The translations under genes were made by a program, and so were the position numbers. Of a stretch of DNA of 64,000 bases, positions 19,033 through 27,884 are shown piece by piece (position 1 is the first letter of the stretch; the number at the start of each line of letters is the position of its first letter). Origin of the DNA: an uncultured virus (IMG/VR IMGVR_UViG_3300023184_000108) (taxonomy: Duplodnaviria; Heunggongvirae; Uroviricota; Caudoviricetes). The notes under the pieces are model-generated. The model was not told the origin of the DNA. It searched no databases and was given only the letters and a program-made list of their open reading frames with translations. The stretch lies in IMG/VR virus record IMGVR_UViG_3300023184_000108; one strand, written 5' to 3'.

Positions 19033-19869
19033 TTACTTCTTAGACCATTTTTTAACAACGTCTGATATATTTTTATCATCACTGATAGGTTTATTAGAGG
19101 CGACCTTTGTTGGTTCTGGAACATCCTCAGGCTGTGCAACTTCTTGCTCACCAGCAACATCTACCTGATAGACGTTCATGTTTACAGCGGCTATGGCGGC
19201 GGGGCTTTTTGCCTGACGTGCAATGGTTTGCAAGTCTTCATCTTCCACCTTACCAGCGGGACTGAACAAAACCTTTGGAGTAGGAGATTTTGTATCGAAG
19301 GCCATCTTAGTAATCACCCGGCCAGCGCTTACATTGTGTGATGCAAGGTGTTGGATATATGGACGGAATGGGAATCGACCATTGTCTTCTTTACCAAAGG
19401 CAGACGTAGCTGGCAGAACTAACTGCATCACGTCACCAGCGGGGTCATTGGGCAACACCACAGCAGTACGCCATGACAGGCGGCAGGCTGTACCAGAACC
19501 ACCTTGACCAGAACCTTTTACGGCTTTCTCGCAGTCGGCACATTTGCTTGCCATAGGAGTCTTGACATCAGCGTCAGGAGTCTCTGAGTCTGTTGACCAG
19601 CAGTTAGGGCTGATCTTTTGGCCTTCTTGATAGACGCCCTCGTAATACATACGAGATGCTTTGTGTGCCATCTTCACAAAGATGACGTTCATGTGGCGGT
19701 CTTCGATCGCACCAATTTCTTTACCACCTGCATACTTGCGGAACACGCCGCCTTTGATTGAGATGCGTTTGTTGGAACGCGCACCGCCTGCTACGGCAAG
19801 TGTGTCTTCATCCAAGCCCTCAACGGGAACCATTGCACCACTGAACATTGTTGCGAGATCTGTACTCAT
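19033..19869 (-). CDS. Putative single-stranded DNA-binding protein
   Basis: RISIKGGVFR, C..C..KGS..G.ACR motif, acidic tail; located in replication module. Confidence 0.55.
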   Translation of the reverse strand: MSTDLATMFSGAMVPVEGLDEDTLAVAGGARSNKRISIKGGVFRKYAGGKEIGAIEDRHMNVIFVKMAHKASRMYYEGVYQEGQKISPNCWSTDSETPDADVKTPMASKCADCEKAVKGSGQGGSGTACRLSWRTAVVLPNDPAGDVMQLVLPATSAFGKEDNGRFPFRPYIQHLASHNVSAGRVITKMAFDTKSPTPKVLFSPAGKVEDEDLQTIARQAKSPAAIAAVNMNVYQVDVAGEQEVAQPEDVPEPTKVASNKPISDDKNISDVVKKWSKK

Positions 19870-19899
19870 TTGAATTTCCTTGTTTACTAAACTGACTGA

Positions 19900-20319
19900 T
19901 TAATTAGAGGGTTTGCGCACGACAATCGTGAACTCCCTCATTGCATTCACTCCGGGCGGCAGTCCATCGTCTTGCCGTTCCTTAATGAATTCTTTGAAGT
20001 TGCCTTGGTGGATACGTGTTTCCAACAGTTCAACCGCCTCGTTCTCCAACACAAACTTTCTGAAGCTTTCGCCATCAACTACGGTAAAGCGTTCGTTTAA
20101 TTTGCGAATCACCGTGCCGTTATTTGTGCGGATACTTTTGGCATTACTCTCATTGCAGGTCACCATGAAATTCTGCTCAAGGACTTTCATCTCATCCTCA
20201 AACGCCCTGTCTTGGACTTCCCACTCAGCCTTGATCTTCTCACGTGCTGAACGAATTGTCAAGTATACCTTGACTAATTCATCTAATTTTGTGTCTTCAA
20301 TTTCTTCGACGGCACTCAT
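19900..20319 (-). CDS. Conserved phage hypothetical protein (coiled-coil N-terminus)
   Basis: Clean ORF with SD; S.RT..GTV and PPGV motifs typical of replication-module genes. Confidence 0.6.
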   Translation of the reverse strand: MSAVEEIEDTKLDELVKVYLTIRSAREKIKAEWEVQDRAFEDEMKVLEQNFMVTCNESNAKSIRTNNGTVIRKLNERFTVVDGESFRKFVLENEAVELLETRIHQGNFKEFIKERQDDGLPPGVNAMREFTIVVRKPSN

Positions 20320-21872
20320 ATTCCTATCTCCTGTTTGTAAAGATCGACCAATTTTTCATGTGAATCTACCTTGCCTTGAAGCATCTGATACACCTTGCGC
20401 TCAACCTCTGCGCCCTGTAAATGCACCACCGTCATACTGTTGACCTGCCCGACTCGGTCAATACGAGCAATACACTGTATGTACGTTTCCACGCTCATGA
20501 CAGGCGACCAAAATACCACTGTGTCAGCAGCGGTTAGCGTTACCCCGTGTGAGGCCGCTTGCGGTTGGATAACCAATACTCTTGGATTTTTTTCGGTTTG
20601 AAACCGATTAATGATGTCGCCACGCGCCCTTGCATTGACGCTTCCTTCTATGATTTCATTTACTACCCCTTTCTGATTTAAAAACCGTGCCACCAATTGA
20701 ATGGTGTGGCTGTACGGTACAAACACAATGACCTTGTTATTGGTCTCCTCAATCACTTCAAGTAAGGCATTGAGCCTTGGAGATACATCGAACTCAATGA
20801 CCTGTCTGTCGTCGGTATAGACAGCACCACCAGCTATCTGCAACAACTTGGTGAGCTTCGCTGCCGCATTGACTGCGCTAACTGTTTCTCCTGCCGCCTC
20901 AATCAATAATTGATTCTTCAACCAGTTGTAGTACTTCACTACTTGGTTGGTTAAAGGTATTTCTCTGGTCTGATACACCACCTCGGGCAAGTCAGTACAT
21001 TCAGATTTCTTAAACCGAATAGCGGGTTGCAATGCTTTAAATACTTCCTGCTGTGAAGTTGATTTGGGTATCCACTTAAATGGAGATACTTGTTGCATTA
21101 CTTTGTCACGCCACGCCGTTTTGTATTTGGGTACGCCAGCAGGATTGACGAGCTTTGCCAAACCAAACGCATCCTCTGGAGATTGCGAAGCGGGTGTGCC
21201 TGTCATCATCCAAAGACGGGTTGAGGGGACAATAAGTTTTGCCAAAGTTTTCCAACGTTTTGTAGTTACCGTTTTATATGCGTTCGCTTCGTCAATAACA
21301 ATTAGGTCAAACCCTACTTTACTTATTTCTTCGGCAACTGTTCCCACCCCATCAAAATTGATGATGACGAATTCATACTCTCCGTTGATTACTTTTCTGC
21401 GTTTGTTTGTGTCGCCATATGCCACGCCAACAGTGCGGTGCATAGCTGTTTTAAAGATGTCCGCCTGCCATGCAGAGTACATGATTGAGAGTGGACAGAT
21501 GACCAACACTCGCTTGACCAGCCCTTGATTCATTAGGTAGTCCGCCGCCCAGATGACAGATGATGTCTTGCCTGTGCCCGCTTCGTTAAAGCAAAAGGCC
21601 CGCTGTCTTAGGGCAAGATATGAAGCAGTAGTTTTCTGGTGGACGAATGGCGTATACATTCCGGGCCAATCGTATTCATTGGACATAGGAGAAGGCGCAT
21701 CCCCATAAACTCTTACAAGCCGTTGCATCTCTTTAATGCCTAAGTAGACTAGTACTTCAGCTTGTTGTCCGTCGTCATTTAGTACTTCGCACCTTTCAAT
21801 GTGCCCGACTAAATAGACTAGTTCTTTTGACGGTATCTTCATGCGTACCGCCGTGTTATCAATGACTTGCAT
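20316..21872 (-). CDS. SNF2-family (SF2) DNA helicase
   Basis: EAGTGKT, IDEA, MTGTP, HGVTLTAA, Q..ARIDRVGQ motifs. Confidence 0.9.
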   Translation of the reverse strand: MQVIDNTAVRMKIPSKELVYLVGHIERCEVLNDDGQQAEVLVYLGIKEMQRLVRVYGDAPSPMSNEYDWPGMYTPFVHQKTTASYLALRQRAFCFNEAGTGKTSSVIWAADYLMNQGLVKRVLVICPLSIMYSAWQADIFKTAMHRTVGVAYGDTNKRRKVINGEYEFVIINFDGVGTVAEEISKVGFDLIVIDEANAYKTVTTKRWKTLAKLIVPSTRLWMMTGTPASQSPEDAFGLAKLVNPAGVPKYKTAWRDKVMQQVSPFKWIPKSTSQQEVFKALQPAIRFKKSECTDLPEVVYQTREIPLTNQVVKYYNWLKNQLLIEAAGETVSAVNAAAKLTKLLQIAGGAVYTDDRQVIEFDVSPRLNALLEVIEETNNKVIVFVPYSHTIQLVARFLNQKGVVNEIIEGSVNARARGDIINRFQTEKNPRVLVIQPQAASHGVTLTAADTVVFWSPVMSVETYIQCIARIDRVGQVNSMTVVHLQGAEVERKVYQMLQGKVDSHEKLVDLYKQEIGI

Positions 21873-21895
21873 ACTACCCTTTACTGAATGAAACT

Positions 21896-22026
21896 GTGAC
21901 CCCTTACGGGGGTCAATCGGTCAAGCCTGTCGTGCGAAAGGAGAGGGGTCTCGAAAACACCGCCTGACTGACATGGTTAAGAGGGGGCCAAAATTTTAAA
22001 TCCCCCGCCACCGCACACTCATGCCT
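21896..22026 (-). ncRNA. Candidate structured RNA upstream of helicase
   Basis: Several nested stems (GGCAUG/CAUGUC, GGGGG/CCCCC, GUCAGGC/GCUUGAC, UGACCCC/GGGGUCA) fill the intergenic gap. Confidence 0.45.
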
Positions 22027-22040
22027 AAACGCGATGACTA

Positions 22041-22295
22041 TTACTTCATTGAACCATCTGAGTTTCTCTTGAATGATCTGTTCTTGCTTGGTGCTTCAAG
22101 CCGGACTCCATCTTTGTTTGATCCACCTTTAGATAAAGCCTTGACGTGTGCAACATCTTTTCCTTTACGGCTAACGCCTTCAGCATCAAGTTTTCTTCTG
22201 GCTCGTTGACGCTCCATCCGGTCAGGCAACTCACCTCTTTGTTTTTGTTGTTCATATTCTTTTTTATATGGTCTTGGTTTATTCTCGTATGGCAT
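22041..22295 (-). CDS. Small HNH-like protein
   Basis: KDVAHVKALSKGGSN..NRS motif. Confidence 0.65.
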   Translation of the reverse strand: MPYENKPRPYKKEYEQQKQRGELPDRMERQRARRKLDAEGVSRKGKDVAHVKALSKGGSNKDGVRLEAPSKNRSFKRNSDGSMK

Positions 22296-22297
22296 GG

Positions 22298-22951
22298 TTA
22301 GTGTCCTTTATGAAAGTCACAAGTTGTCACAGGACACCAGCCGCACAGGGGTGTCGGGTTTGGATTCCAGACATTATTTTCGTATGAAGCATCCATCCGC
22401 GCAAGGTCAGTCTTGAACGCATCCCACAGGGCAGGTATCTGCTCTCGGGTGTACTCCTCAGTAACAAACCCATCGTGCATCACAAACAGCAAACCTGCTT
22501 TGACTCGCATTATCTTAGGAAACTTGGCAAAGGCCATCAGCGCCATCAGCTTTAACTGTTTTGTATCAGGATATTTACTACTGCCAGTCTTGTAGTCAAG
22601 GATGTGAGCAAGGTCGTTGTCAAGAATAAGCAAGTCCACGATGCCACGAACCCAATATCCCTTACCATACTCACAAGCGTTTCCATCTTTATCCAAAGCC
22701 ATTTTTAGTTCTGGATGTTTCTCACCGTCAATCTCCATCAGCGTGTCCATCAGCGCCTTGAACCGCTCGTAGTTCTTGGCAAGCGGAGTGCCGTCCTTGA
22801 CGTAGTTCTCAAGCGCCTTGTGTACCTCGTTGCCGTAGGTCATCTCCTGCGTTGGCTTGACAAAGAAACGCTTAAGCACCTTGATTTCTTGGTACTGCTT
22901 GGGGCAGTTGACGTACTGTTTGTACGATGAGAACGACCATGTGTAACTCAT
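22298..22951 (-). CDS. PD-(D/E)XK exonuclease, Cas4/RecB-like
   Basis: CPKQY, G..VH..LE, RGIVD, LDYKTG, QL..A, CGWCPVTTC. Confidence 0.85.
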   Translation of the reverse strand: MSYTWSFSSYKQYVNCPKQYQEIKVLKRFFVKPTQEMTYGNEVHKALENYVKDGTPLAKNYERFKALMDTLMEIDGEKHPELKMALDKDGNACEYGKGYWVRGIVDLLILDNDLAHILDYKTGSSKYPDTKQLKLMALMAFAKFPKIMRVKAGLLFVMHDGFVTEEYTREQIPALWDAFKTDLARMDASYENNVWNPNPTPLCGWCPVTTCDFHKGH

Positions 22952-23196
22952 TTCTTCATACCCCTTACAAGCTCTGCCCCACTATCCATCCATCGTCTGC
23001 CCATGATGTCGTCAAGCGAACATCCATCACGCGCTCGTTCAAAACGTAATGCCACTTCTTCAAGGACTTTGTTTCTCTCCATGCTCAGCAGTTTTTCTCT
23101 CTCCTGCGTCATCTTGATAACCTCTTGCTTCACCCTGCTCATCATCTCCACATGGTTGAACGCATCTTCTTCTGGATCTTGGTAGCGGGATTCCAT
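22948..23196 (-). CDS. Hypothetical protein
   Basis: ORF with SD AAGGAG, coupled to nuclease. Confidence 0.6.
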   Translation of the reverse strand: MESRYQDPEEDAFNHVEMMSRVKQEVIKMTQEREKLLSMERNKVLEEVALRFERARDGCSLDDIMGRRWMDSGAELVRGMKK

Positions 23197-23220
23197 AGGT
23201 TAACTCCTTCTTTACTTATT

Positions 23221-25098
23221 CTAGCACTCGCCGTAGCTATATCCCCACTTCGCCTCACAAGCCACGGGTAAACCCCTAGCCCATTCTGGTGGTACGGACA
23301 TGCACTCAATCACATACTTCATCGCTTCGTCTTTCTCTGACTCAGGAACTAAGATGACAGCCGCATCATGAACTGTTAAAGCAACACGATACCGCTTTTG
23401 TATTTCAAGCATCTGTTCGCCAACAACAATCCTTGCCAACGCTTGAACTACGTTTTCAACTAGCGATCCGCCCCACAAGGAAACAGGCCCTTTACGTGAC
23501 TTGTACACGTATTGGCTTTTAGATTCTTCAGCGTTAAGGTGAAGCTCGGGGTAACGAATCATCAGACCATTAGGCAGTTTGATACCTCCACGGTGCACTT
23601 CCAAGCATTTGTTCTTGCCATAGTAAAACGGTTTCTTGCCGTCAGGCCAGTCAACCAAAGTCCTGATAACTCTGTCACCCTCATGCCAAAGATCAATCAC
23701 CTTGTCGTTAGTATCTCGGTAAGTCTTGACGTAAGTATCGGCTTCATCCTCAGTGACGATTGCCCCGGGAGGCGTTGTCTTTAGCGTGTGTTGAAGTTTT
23801 AATTTGCCAGTCCCATAGCCTAGACCCAGAATACAGGTCTTGCCAACGAACCGTTCCACAGGATCTGCCTTTGAGATCGGTCGATCATATATCTTGGAAG
23901 CAAAGACGGAGTAGACGTCCTCTCCGTTTGCAAACTGTTTAGTAACATCTTCTTGCCCTGCCAACCAGACGAGGATACGAGCTTCAATCTGGGACGAGTC
24001 GCAGTTGATGACGATGTAGTCATCTGGCGGAATAACTGCGTTTTTGAGGGTTTTCTTTTTCTTATCTCGACTTGGCAGATTTTGGAAATTGACCTTATCA
24101 GAACCAGCCCATCTTCCCGTGTGAGCGCCATAATATTTGAGAGGAATGGGGAGTCGTCCCTTGTTACGCTTGCCCGAGTCGATGAAACGTTGAATACGGG
24201 ATTCTTCAAGGGTAGACATCGTGCCGAGCCTGACTGAACAGAGTTGTTGGATAAACTCATTCTCGTGGTCAACCAACGCCAAAAAGCCTTCATCATTTTT
24301 AGCCAACGCATAAGTCATCTCTCCTTTTGATTGTTTACCCTTGCTTGGTTTCATAGGTACTTCAACGCCATGCTCAGTCAGGATGGCGGCAAACTGTTTA
24401 CCACTCGCCAACTTCTTGCGTACTGCTTCCTCATCTTTGCATTTGAGTTTCTCCATCAACGTCTGAAGCAATGCCATCTTTTCTTCTTTGAGTTCGATGA
24501 GTCGGTCTTGAAGTAGCGCATCGTCCACATGGAACATAGGTTCGACAAACATTTTCAATGTCATATCTATCAAATCCAATTCATTCTGCGGAAACTCGCT
24601 CGACAATATATTGAACAACCTTAAAGTAAGATCGACGTCATTTACACAATACGCACCATATCGCTGGAGTTCTTCTTCGCTGAAGTCAAGACGTTTCTTA
24701 CCTTCGGCGTGTATCACCTCGTCGCCTTTCTCACCAATCCCATAGCGGATAGCCAACGCTTTGAGTGAGCCGCCAGCGTCCACGCCATGAATAGCTCTCG
24801 CCATGCACAAGGTGTCGTATAGGTAGGCGGGGTGACAGTCAAAGTGCCAAGCAAGAATACAGGCATCAAACAACGTGTTGTGACACAGCAGGGCCGCGTC
24901 AGTCCAGTCAATCTTCTGCAAATATTCTTTTATCTCAGTATGTGTTCCTGAGAACCAAGTTGTTGGTTGATCGTCAATCTTCACGCCCACGCCAATCACC
25001 TCAAAGCGGCGGTCGCGCACATACTCCTCAGTGGTCTGAGTTTTAAAGCCCAGACCCTTGGTGTAATAAGATTCAAAGTCCAGTGTTATGAAACTCAT
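23221..25098 (-). CDS. polA: DNA polymerase family A (3'-5' exonuclease plus polymerase)
   Basis: LDFES exo I, HN..FD exo II, YC..DV exo III, DSSQIEAR motif A, R..GKTCILGLGYG motif B, TVHD motif C; start moved to MSFITLDF. Confidence 0.92.
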   Translation of the reverse strand: MSFITLDFESYYTKGLGFKTQTTEEYVRDRRFEVIGVGVKIDDQPTTWFSGTHTEIKEYLQKIDWTDAALLCHNTLFDACILAWHFDCHPAYLYDTLCMARAIHGVDAGGSLKALAIRYGIGEKGDEVIHAEGKKRLDFSEEELQRYGAYCVNDVDLTLRLFNILSSEFPQNELDLIDMTLKMFVEPMFHVDDALLQDRLIELKEEKMALLQTLMEKLKCKDEEAVRKKLASGKQFAAILTEHGVEVPMKPSKGKQSKGEMTYALAKNDEGFLALVDHENEFIQQLCSVRLGTMSTLEESRIQRFIDSGKRNKGRLPIPLKYYGAHTGRWAGSDKVNFQNLPSRDKKKKTLKNAVIPPDDYIVINCDSSQIEARILVWLAGQEDVTKQFANGEDVYSVFASKIYDRPISKADPVERFVGKTCILGLGYGTGKLKLQHTLKTTPPGAIVTEDEADTYVKTYRDTNDKVIDLWHEGDRVIRTLVDWPDGKKPFYYGKNKCLEVHRGGIKLPNGLMIRYPELHLNAEESKSQYVYKSRKGPVSLWGGSLVENVVQALARIVVGEQMLEIQKRYRVALTVHDAAVILVPESEKDEAMKYVIECMSVPPEWARGLPVACEAKWGYSYGEC

Positions 25099-25240
25099 TT
25101 CTTTCCCGTAACTTTTTAGCCAGCTCTTTGCGTAACCATTGCGCACCGCCAAGGCGTTTCCATTCCTCGTAGTGTGACTTAGTCAACCGCGCACCTATGT
25201 GTTTGCTGTCGCCTGTTAACTCACTCTTCGGTCTTGGCAT
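25073..25240 (-). CDS. Small putative DNA-binding protein (ribbon-helix-helix-like)
   Basis: MPRPK..IGARLT..EW.RLGGAQWLR. Confidence 0.5.
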   Translation of the reverse strand: MPRPKSELTGDSKHIGARLTKSHYEEWKRLGGAQWLRKELAKKLRERNEFHNTGL

Positions 25241-25397
25241 CGATAGTTCCTTCATGGAATGGCGCGTTCTTTTTTAAATACTCTTCAAGCAACCTCAAAA
25301 ATCCAACCTCAACACAAGCACGTATTTCTGCCTGCGTGAAATCGCAAGTTATCGTTGCTGTCCCATCTTCATTTTCCGTAACTGTTTTGACAATCAT
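25221..25397 (-). CDS. Hypothetical protein (58 aa, not in ORF track)
   Basis: MIVKTVTENEDGTATITCDFTQAEIRACVEVGFLRLLEEY..; SD GGAGA upstream; fills the gap between neighbours. Confidence 0.6.
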   Translation of the reverse strand: MIVKTVTENEDGTATITCDFTQAEIRACVEVGFLRLLEEYLKKNAPFHEGTIDAKTEE

Positions 25398-25527
25398 GTT
25401 GTTCTCCTGCTAGTTTGGTTGTAAAAATTAAATGGCATTTGGTGCATCGCCAAAGCGTTCCTTGCTCGACAACCACATTGCCCCGTCTGCGTAATTTACC
25501 AAAGAATGTTCTGATTGCTTCAAGCAT
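25369..25527 (-). CDS. Small Zn-finger-like protein
   Basis: WRCTKCHLIF..HDC; SD AAGGAG before MLEAIRTF. Confidence 0.55.
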   Translation of the reverse strand: MLEAIRTFFGKLRRRGNVVVEQGTLWRCTKCHLIFTTKLAGEQHDCQNSYGK

Positions 25528-25819
25528 CGTTCTTCTCCTTGAGTTTGGCTTCAATGTAGGCCACGATTTCTGATGGGTTACACCAGCCAACTTCTTCTTC
25601 CCTGTTGTCATGCCAAGTATCAAATGCTTTAACTTCCTCATCCGTCAACCCTACCCACTCGCGTTTTTTATAAAACACCACTGAACCTTCACTCGGGTTT
25701 CTGCTGAAGATAGCGCCCATCCTGTGTCCATCTTCTATTTTCTCAACAGTTTCTTTGTCCAAGCAAACTACGTCAGACATATAGACTTTGTCTATTTCAC
25801 GTTTCCATACTTCATCCAT
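25520..25819 (-). CDS. Hypothetical protein
   Basis: WVGLTDEE..IEAKLKEKN C-terminal motif common in phage small ORFs. Confidence 0.65.
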   Translation of the reverse strand: MDEVWKREIDKVYMSDVVCLDKETVEKIEDGHRMGAIFSRNPSEGSVVFYKKREWVGLTDEEVKAFDTWHDNREEEVGWCNPSEIVAYIEAKLKEKNDA

Positions 25820-26081
25820 TATTCTTCTCCTTGAGTTTTACTTTTAACTCTGCGTTCTGGCGCAACAACTCCTCAATCACACGTAAATTATCTTTTCGCC
25901 TGTCCTCTAGCGCGGTTATTACTTGTTGCACCGCAAAATTTAATGAGTTTATTTTGTTAGCCAAAACTTTGGCTTGATACCATGCGTAGTCTTCCCCAGT
26001 TCCTTCTGTTAACACGCCATCTTCTTCCATGCTCAGATCTGTGATGGGGGGTGTAATGGGGTTGATGGGTTTGGTTTTCAT
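25812..26081 (-). CDS. Hypothetical coiled-coil protein
   Basis: Coupled ORF ending KLKEKNNG. Confidence 0.55.
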   Translation of the reverse strand: MKTKPINPITPPITDLSMEEDGVLTEGTGEDYAWYQAKVLANKINSLNFAVQQVITALEDRRKDNLRVIEELLRQNAELKVKLKEKNNG

Positions 26082-26413
26082 GTCCTAATACTCCAATCTG
26101 TATGTATGTTCCGGTCGTATTGTGCTTGCATATTTGGGTAAGGCTTATATGTATAGGTCTCGGGGCGTTGTTCTTGTTCCTCGCCTGCAAGACGCTTCAT
26201 GACTCGCTCGCTAAAGTCGTCTCGATAGAACTCTTTACGGGCTTCATCAAGAGCCTGCCGTTCTTCCTCGTTCGCAACACGCCAAGCGTAGCTAATTAAG
26301 TCTGCCCAATTCCCGCCAAACACTTCTCCCTCAATGGGAACAGCCCCACCGTACAGAAACTCCTCGGGGTTGGTCTTCATTCGTGATAGCAAAATATCTA
26401 ATCCTGTCAGCAT
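26078..26413 (-). CDS. Hypothetical protein
   Basis: ILLSRMKTNPEEF motif; SD AAGGAG before ATG 26413. Confidence 0.6.
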   Translation of the reverse strand: MLTGLDILLSRMKTNPEEFLYGGAVPIEGEVFGGNWADLISYAWRVANEEERQALDEARKEFYRDDFSERVMKRLAGEEQEQRPETYTYKPYPNMQAQYDRNIHTDWSIRT

Positions 26414-26426
26414 GGTCACTCTCCTT

Positions 26427-26443
26427 AAATAACTGGCATCAAA
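26427..26443. promoter_or_regulatory. Repeated 17-bp box AAATAACTGG(C/T)ATCAAA, copy 1
   Basis: Near-identical copies at 36615 and 37520; inverted 14-bp copy at 33843. Confidence 0.6.
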
Positions 26444-26462
26444 TAACGTTTTCAATAGACAC

Positions 26463-26488
26463 AAAAAAAGGCATGGCGAACCATGCCT
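26463..26488 (-). terminator. Intrinsic terminator
   Basis: AGGCATGG-N4-CCATGCCT stem followed by a U tract on the - strand. Confidence 0.8.
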
Positions 26489-26494
26489 AACGAA

Positions 26495-26944
26495 TCAAGC
26501 CTGTGCTTTAGCAATTTCTCTGCTGAGATACCACTGAGCCTTTTGTAGGTCTTGTAGTCTGTTGCCTTTGTGATCTGCTCTGCTGATGTATTTCACTGCA
26601 TTGCCAAGGTTATAGCCAAGATTCTTTTTCTCAATGAAGTCAATCGTCTCAATGCCACCCACCCTGTAATGCTCGGGGTGATTCACTTGGTCAGCTTCCA
26701 TCGTGATCGGGAAATGTGTTTCAACAATAGTTAGTGTCTCACTGGAGGGTGTGGCACTACTTTGCATCCTTTCTTTGGCTTTGTATGTGCCATCTCTCAG
26801 CTTGATTATTCCCAACTGCTTGCGCTGAGTGTTTAACATCACATGGGCTTGTTGCATGGTGCAGTCAATTGTCTCAACGACCGCCCCTGCTTTAACGTTT
26901 GGATTTCTACGTAACAGCATCCTTACTTTCGCTGATTTATTCAT
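26495..26944 (-). CDS. DUF3310-like protein with N-terminal extension
   Basis: VNHPEHY..GGIETIDFIE..GNAVKYISRA..K..QDLQKAQWYL. Confidence 0.8.
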   Translation of the reverse strand: MNKSAKVRMLLRRNPNVKAGAVVETIDCTMQQAHVMLNTQRKQLGIIKLRDGTYKAKERMQSSATPSSETLTIVETHFPITMEADQVNHPEHYRVGGIETIDFIEKKNLGYNLGNAVKYISRADHKGNRLQDLQKAQWYLSREIAKAQA

Positions 26945-27149
26945 TTGCCTTCTCCTTTTTGGTACGGCGTTTCACTGATACGATTCCTGCCCCATGCAGG
27001 TCTCGTGCTTCTTGCATCATGTCTGCAAGTTCATATGCTTGCGTGGGTAGGTGTTGCATATCTAAAAAACTTCCGTCCTTCAGTAACAATCCAATTAACG
27101 CAAAGCCTGCGTGTAGATCACGCAAATTACTTCTGTCTTGTTCATCCAT
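26937..27149 (-). CDS. Hypothetical protein
   Basis: LRDLHAG.A..AYELAD.M..AR motif. Confidence 0.65.
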   Translation of the reverse strand: MDEQDRSNLRDLHAGFALIGLLLKDGSFLDMQHLPTQAYELADMMQEARDLHGAGIVSVKRRTKKEKANE

Positions 27150-27260
27150 TTAAAAACTCCTTGGTAAGGCTGACGCTAACCACCAACCAAACACGACTAG
27201 ACCTGTCACGATGACCACCAACATATTCATAGCAAAGACTGTCCACCAAAATACTTTCAT
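27150..27260 (-). CDS. Small single-TM protein (36 aa, not in ORF track)
   Basis: MKVFWWTVFAMNMLVVIVTGLVVFGWWLASALPRSF; ATGA overlap with upstream stop. Confidence 0.55.
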   Translation of the reverse strand: MKVFWWTVFAMNMLVVIVTGLVVFGWWLASALPRSF

Positions 27261-27550
27261 GACAAATCTTTCAACAGCTTCTCTAGCTCATCAAAGTTAT
27301 CCTCGTTCACCACTATGGTGTAGCCACCGAACCTACGAATGTTGGTCATGTGTTGATCTTGTAGAGCAGTGGGTTTGTTCTTACCCGCCTTCGCTTCAAT
27401 ACCAAGGAAGTGTCCATTGATACATACAAGATAGTCAGGCACACCCGCGCAACCAAACCCTGTGCCAATCGGCATCGTGACATAGCAGTCGTGTGTGTTA
27501 AGAATATTCTTGATCTTGGTTTTGACCTTGCCCTCGGGTGTACTAGCCAT
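27257..27550 (-). CDS. VRR-NUC domain nuclease (possible Holliday junction resolvase)
   Basis: TPEGKVK, GVPD, GIEAKA, PTALQ motifs. Confidence 0.85.
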   Translation of the reverse strand: MASTPEGKVKTKIKNILNTHDCYVTMPIGTGFGCAGVPDYLVCINGHFLGIEAKAGKNKPTALQDQHMTNIRRFGGYTIVVNEDNFDELEKLLKDLS

Positions 27551-27884
27551 TGGTCTCTCCTCTCAATGCTTTCAGTGAATCAATCGGCATAACAATGCAG
27601 TAGAACGACTCGGACGCTCGCCAACCAATCTCATCAAGCTCATCTGATTGGGTGTTGCCATATATACCCAACCGACTCAACTCACGGTCGGGTATGACTG
27701 TGTGATCGGTAGCGAGAATCATTGCCATCTTTGTCTTGATCTCGTCTGGCAATGTATCCTTGTCGTATCGTCTGTAATACCCGTCAGCGACGTACAAAAC
27801 AAAATGATCGTCCACACGACGCAACGGAACCCGAACCAATGCCAAGTTCCATTGATGCGTCACTGGAGTGAGAGCATTTAGCAT
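27543..27884 (-). CDS. Hypothetical protein
   Basis: Overlapping-coupled ORF in operon; start uncertain. Confidence 0.55.
   Translation of the reverse strand: MLNALTPVTHQWNLALVRVPLRRVDDHFVLYVADGYYRRYDKDTLPDEIKTKMAMILATDHTVIPDRELSRLGIYGNTQSDELDEIGWRASESFYCIVMPIDSLKALRGETNG

Noticed and set aside
19913..20443. Long antisense ORFs (e.g. 19913-20443, 41792-42325, 47241-47798)
   Set aside because: They shadow well-supported genes, lack SD sites and have no protein-like motifs
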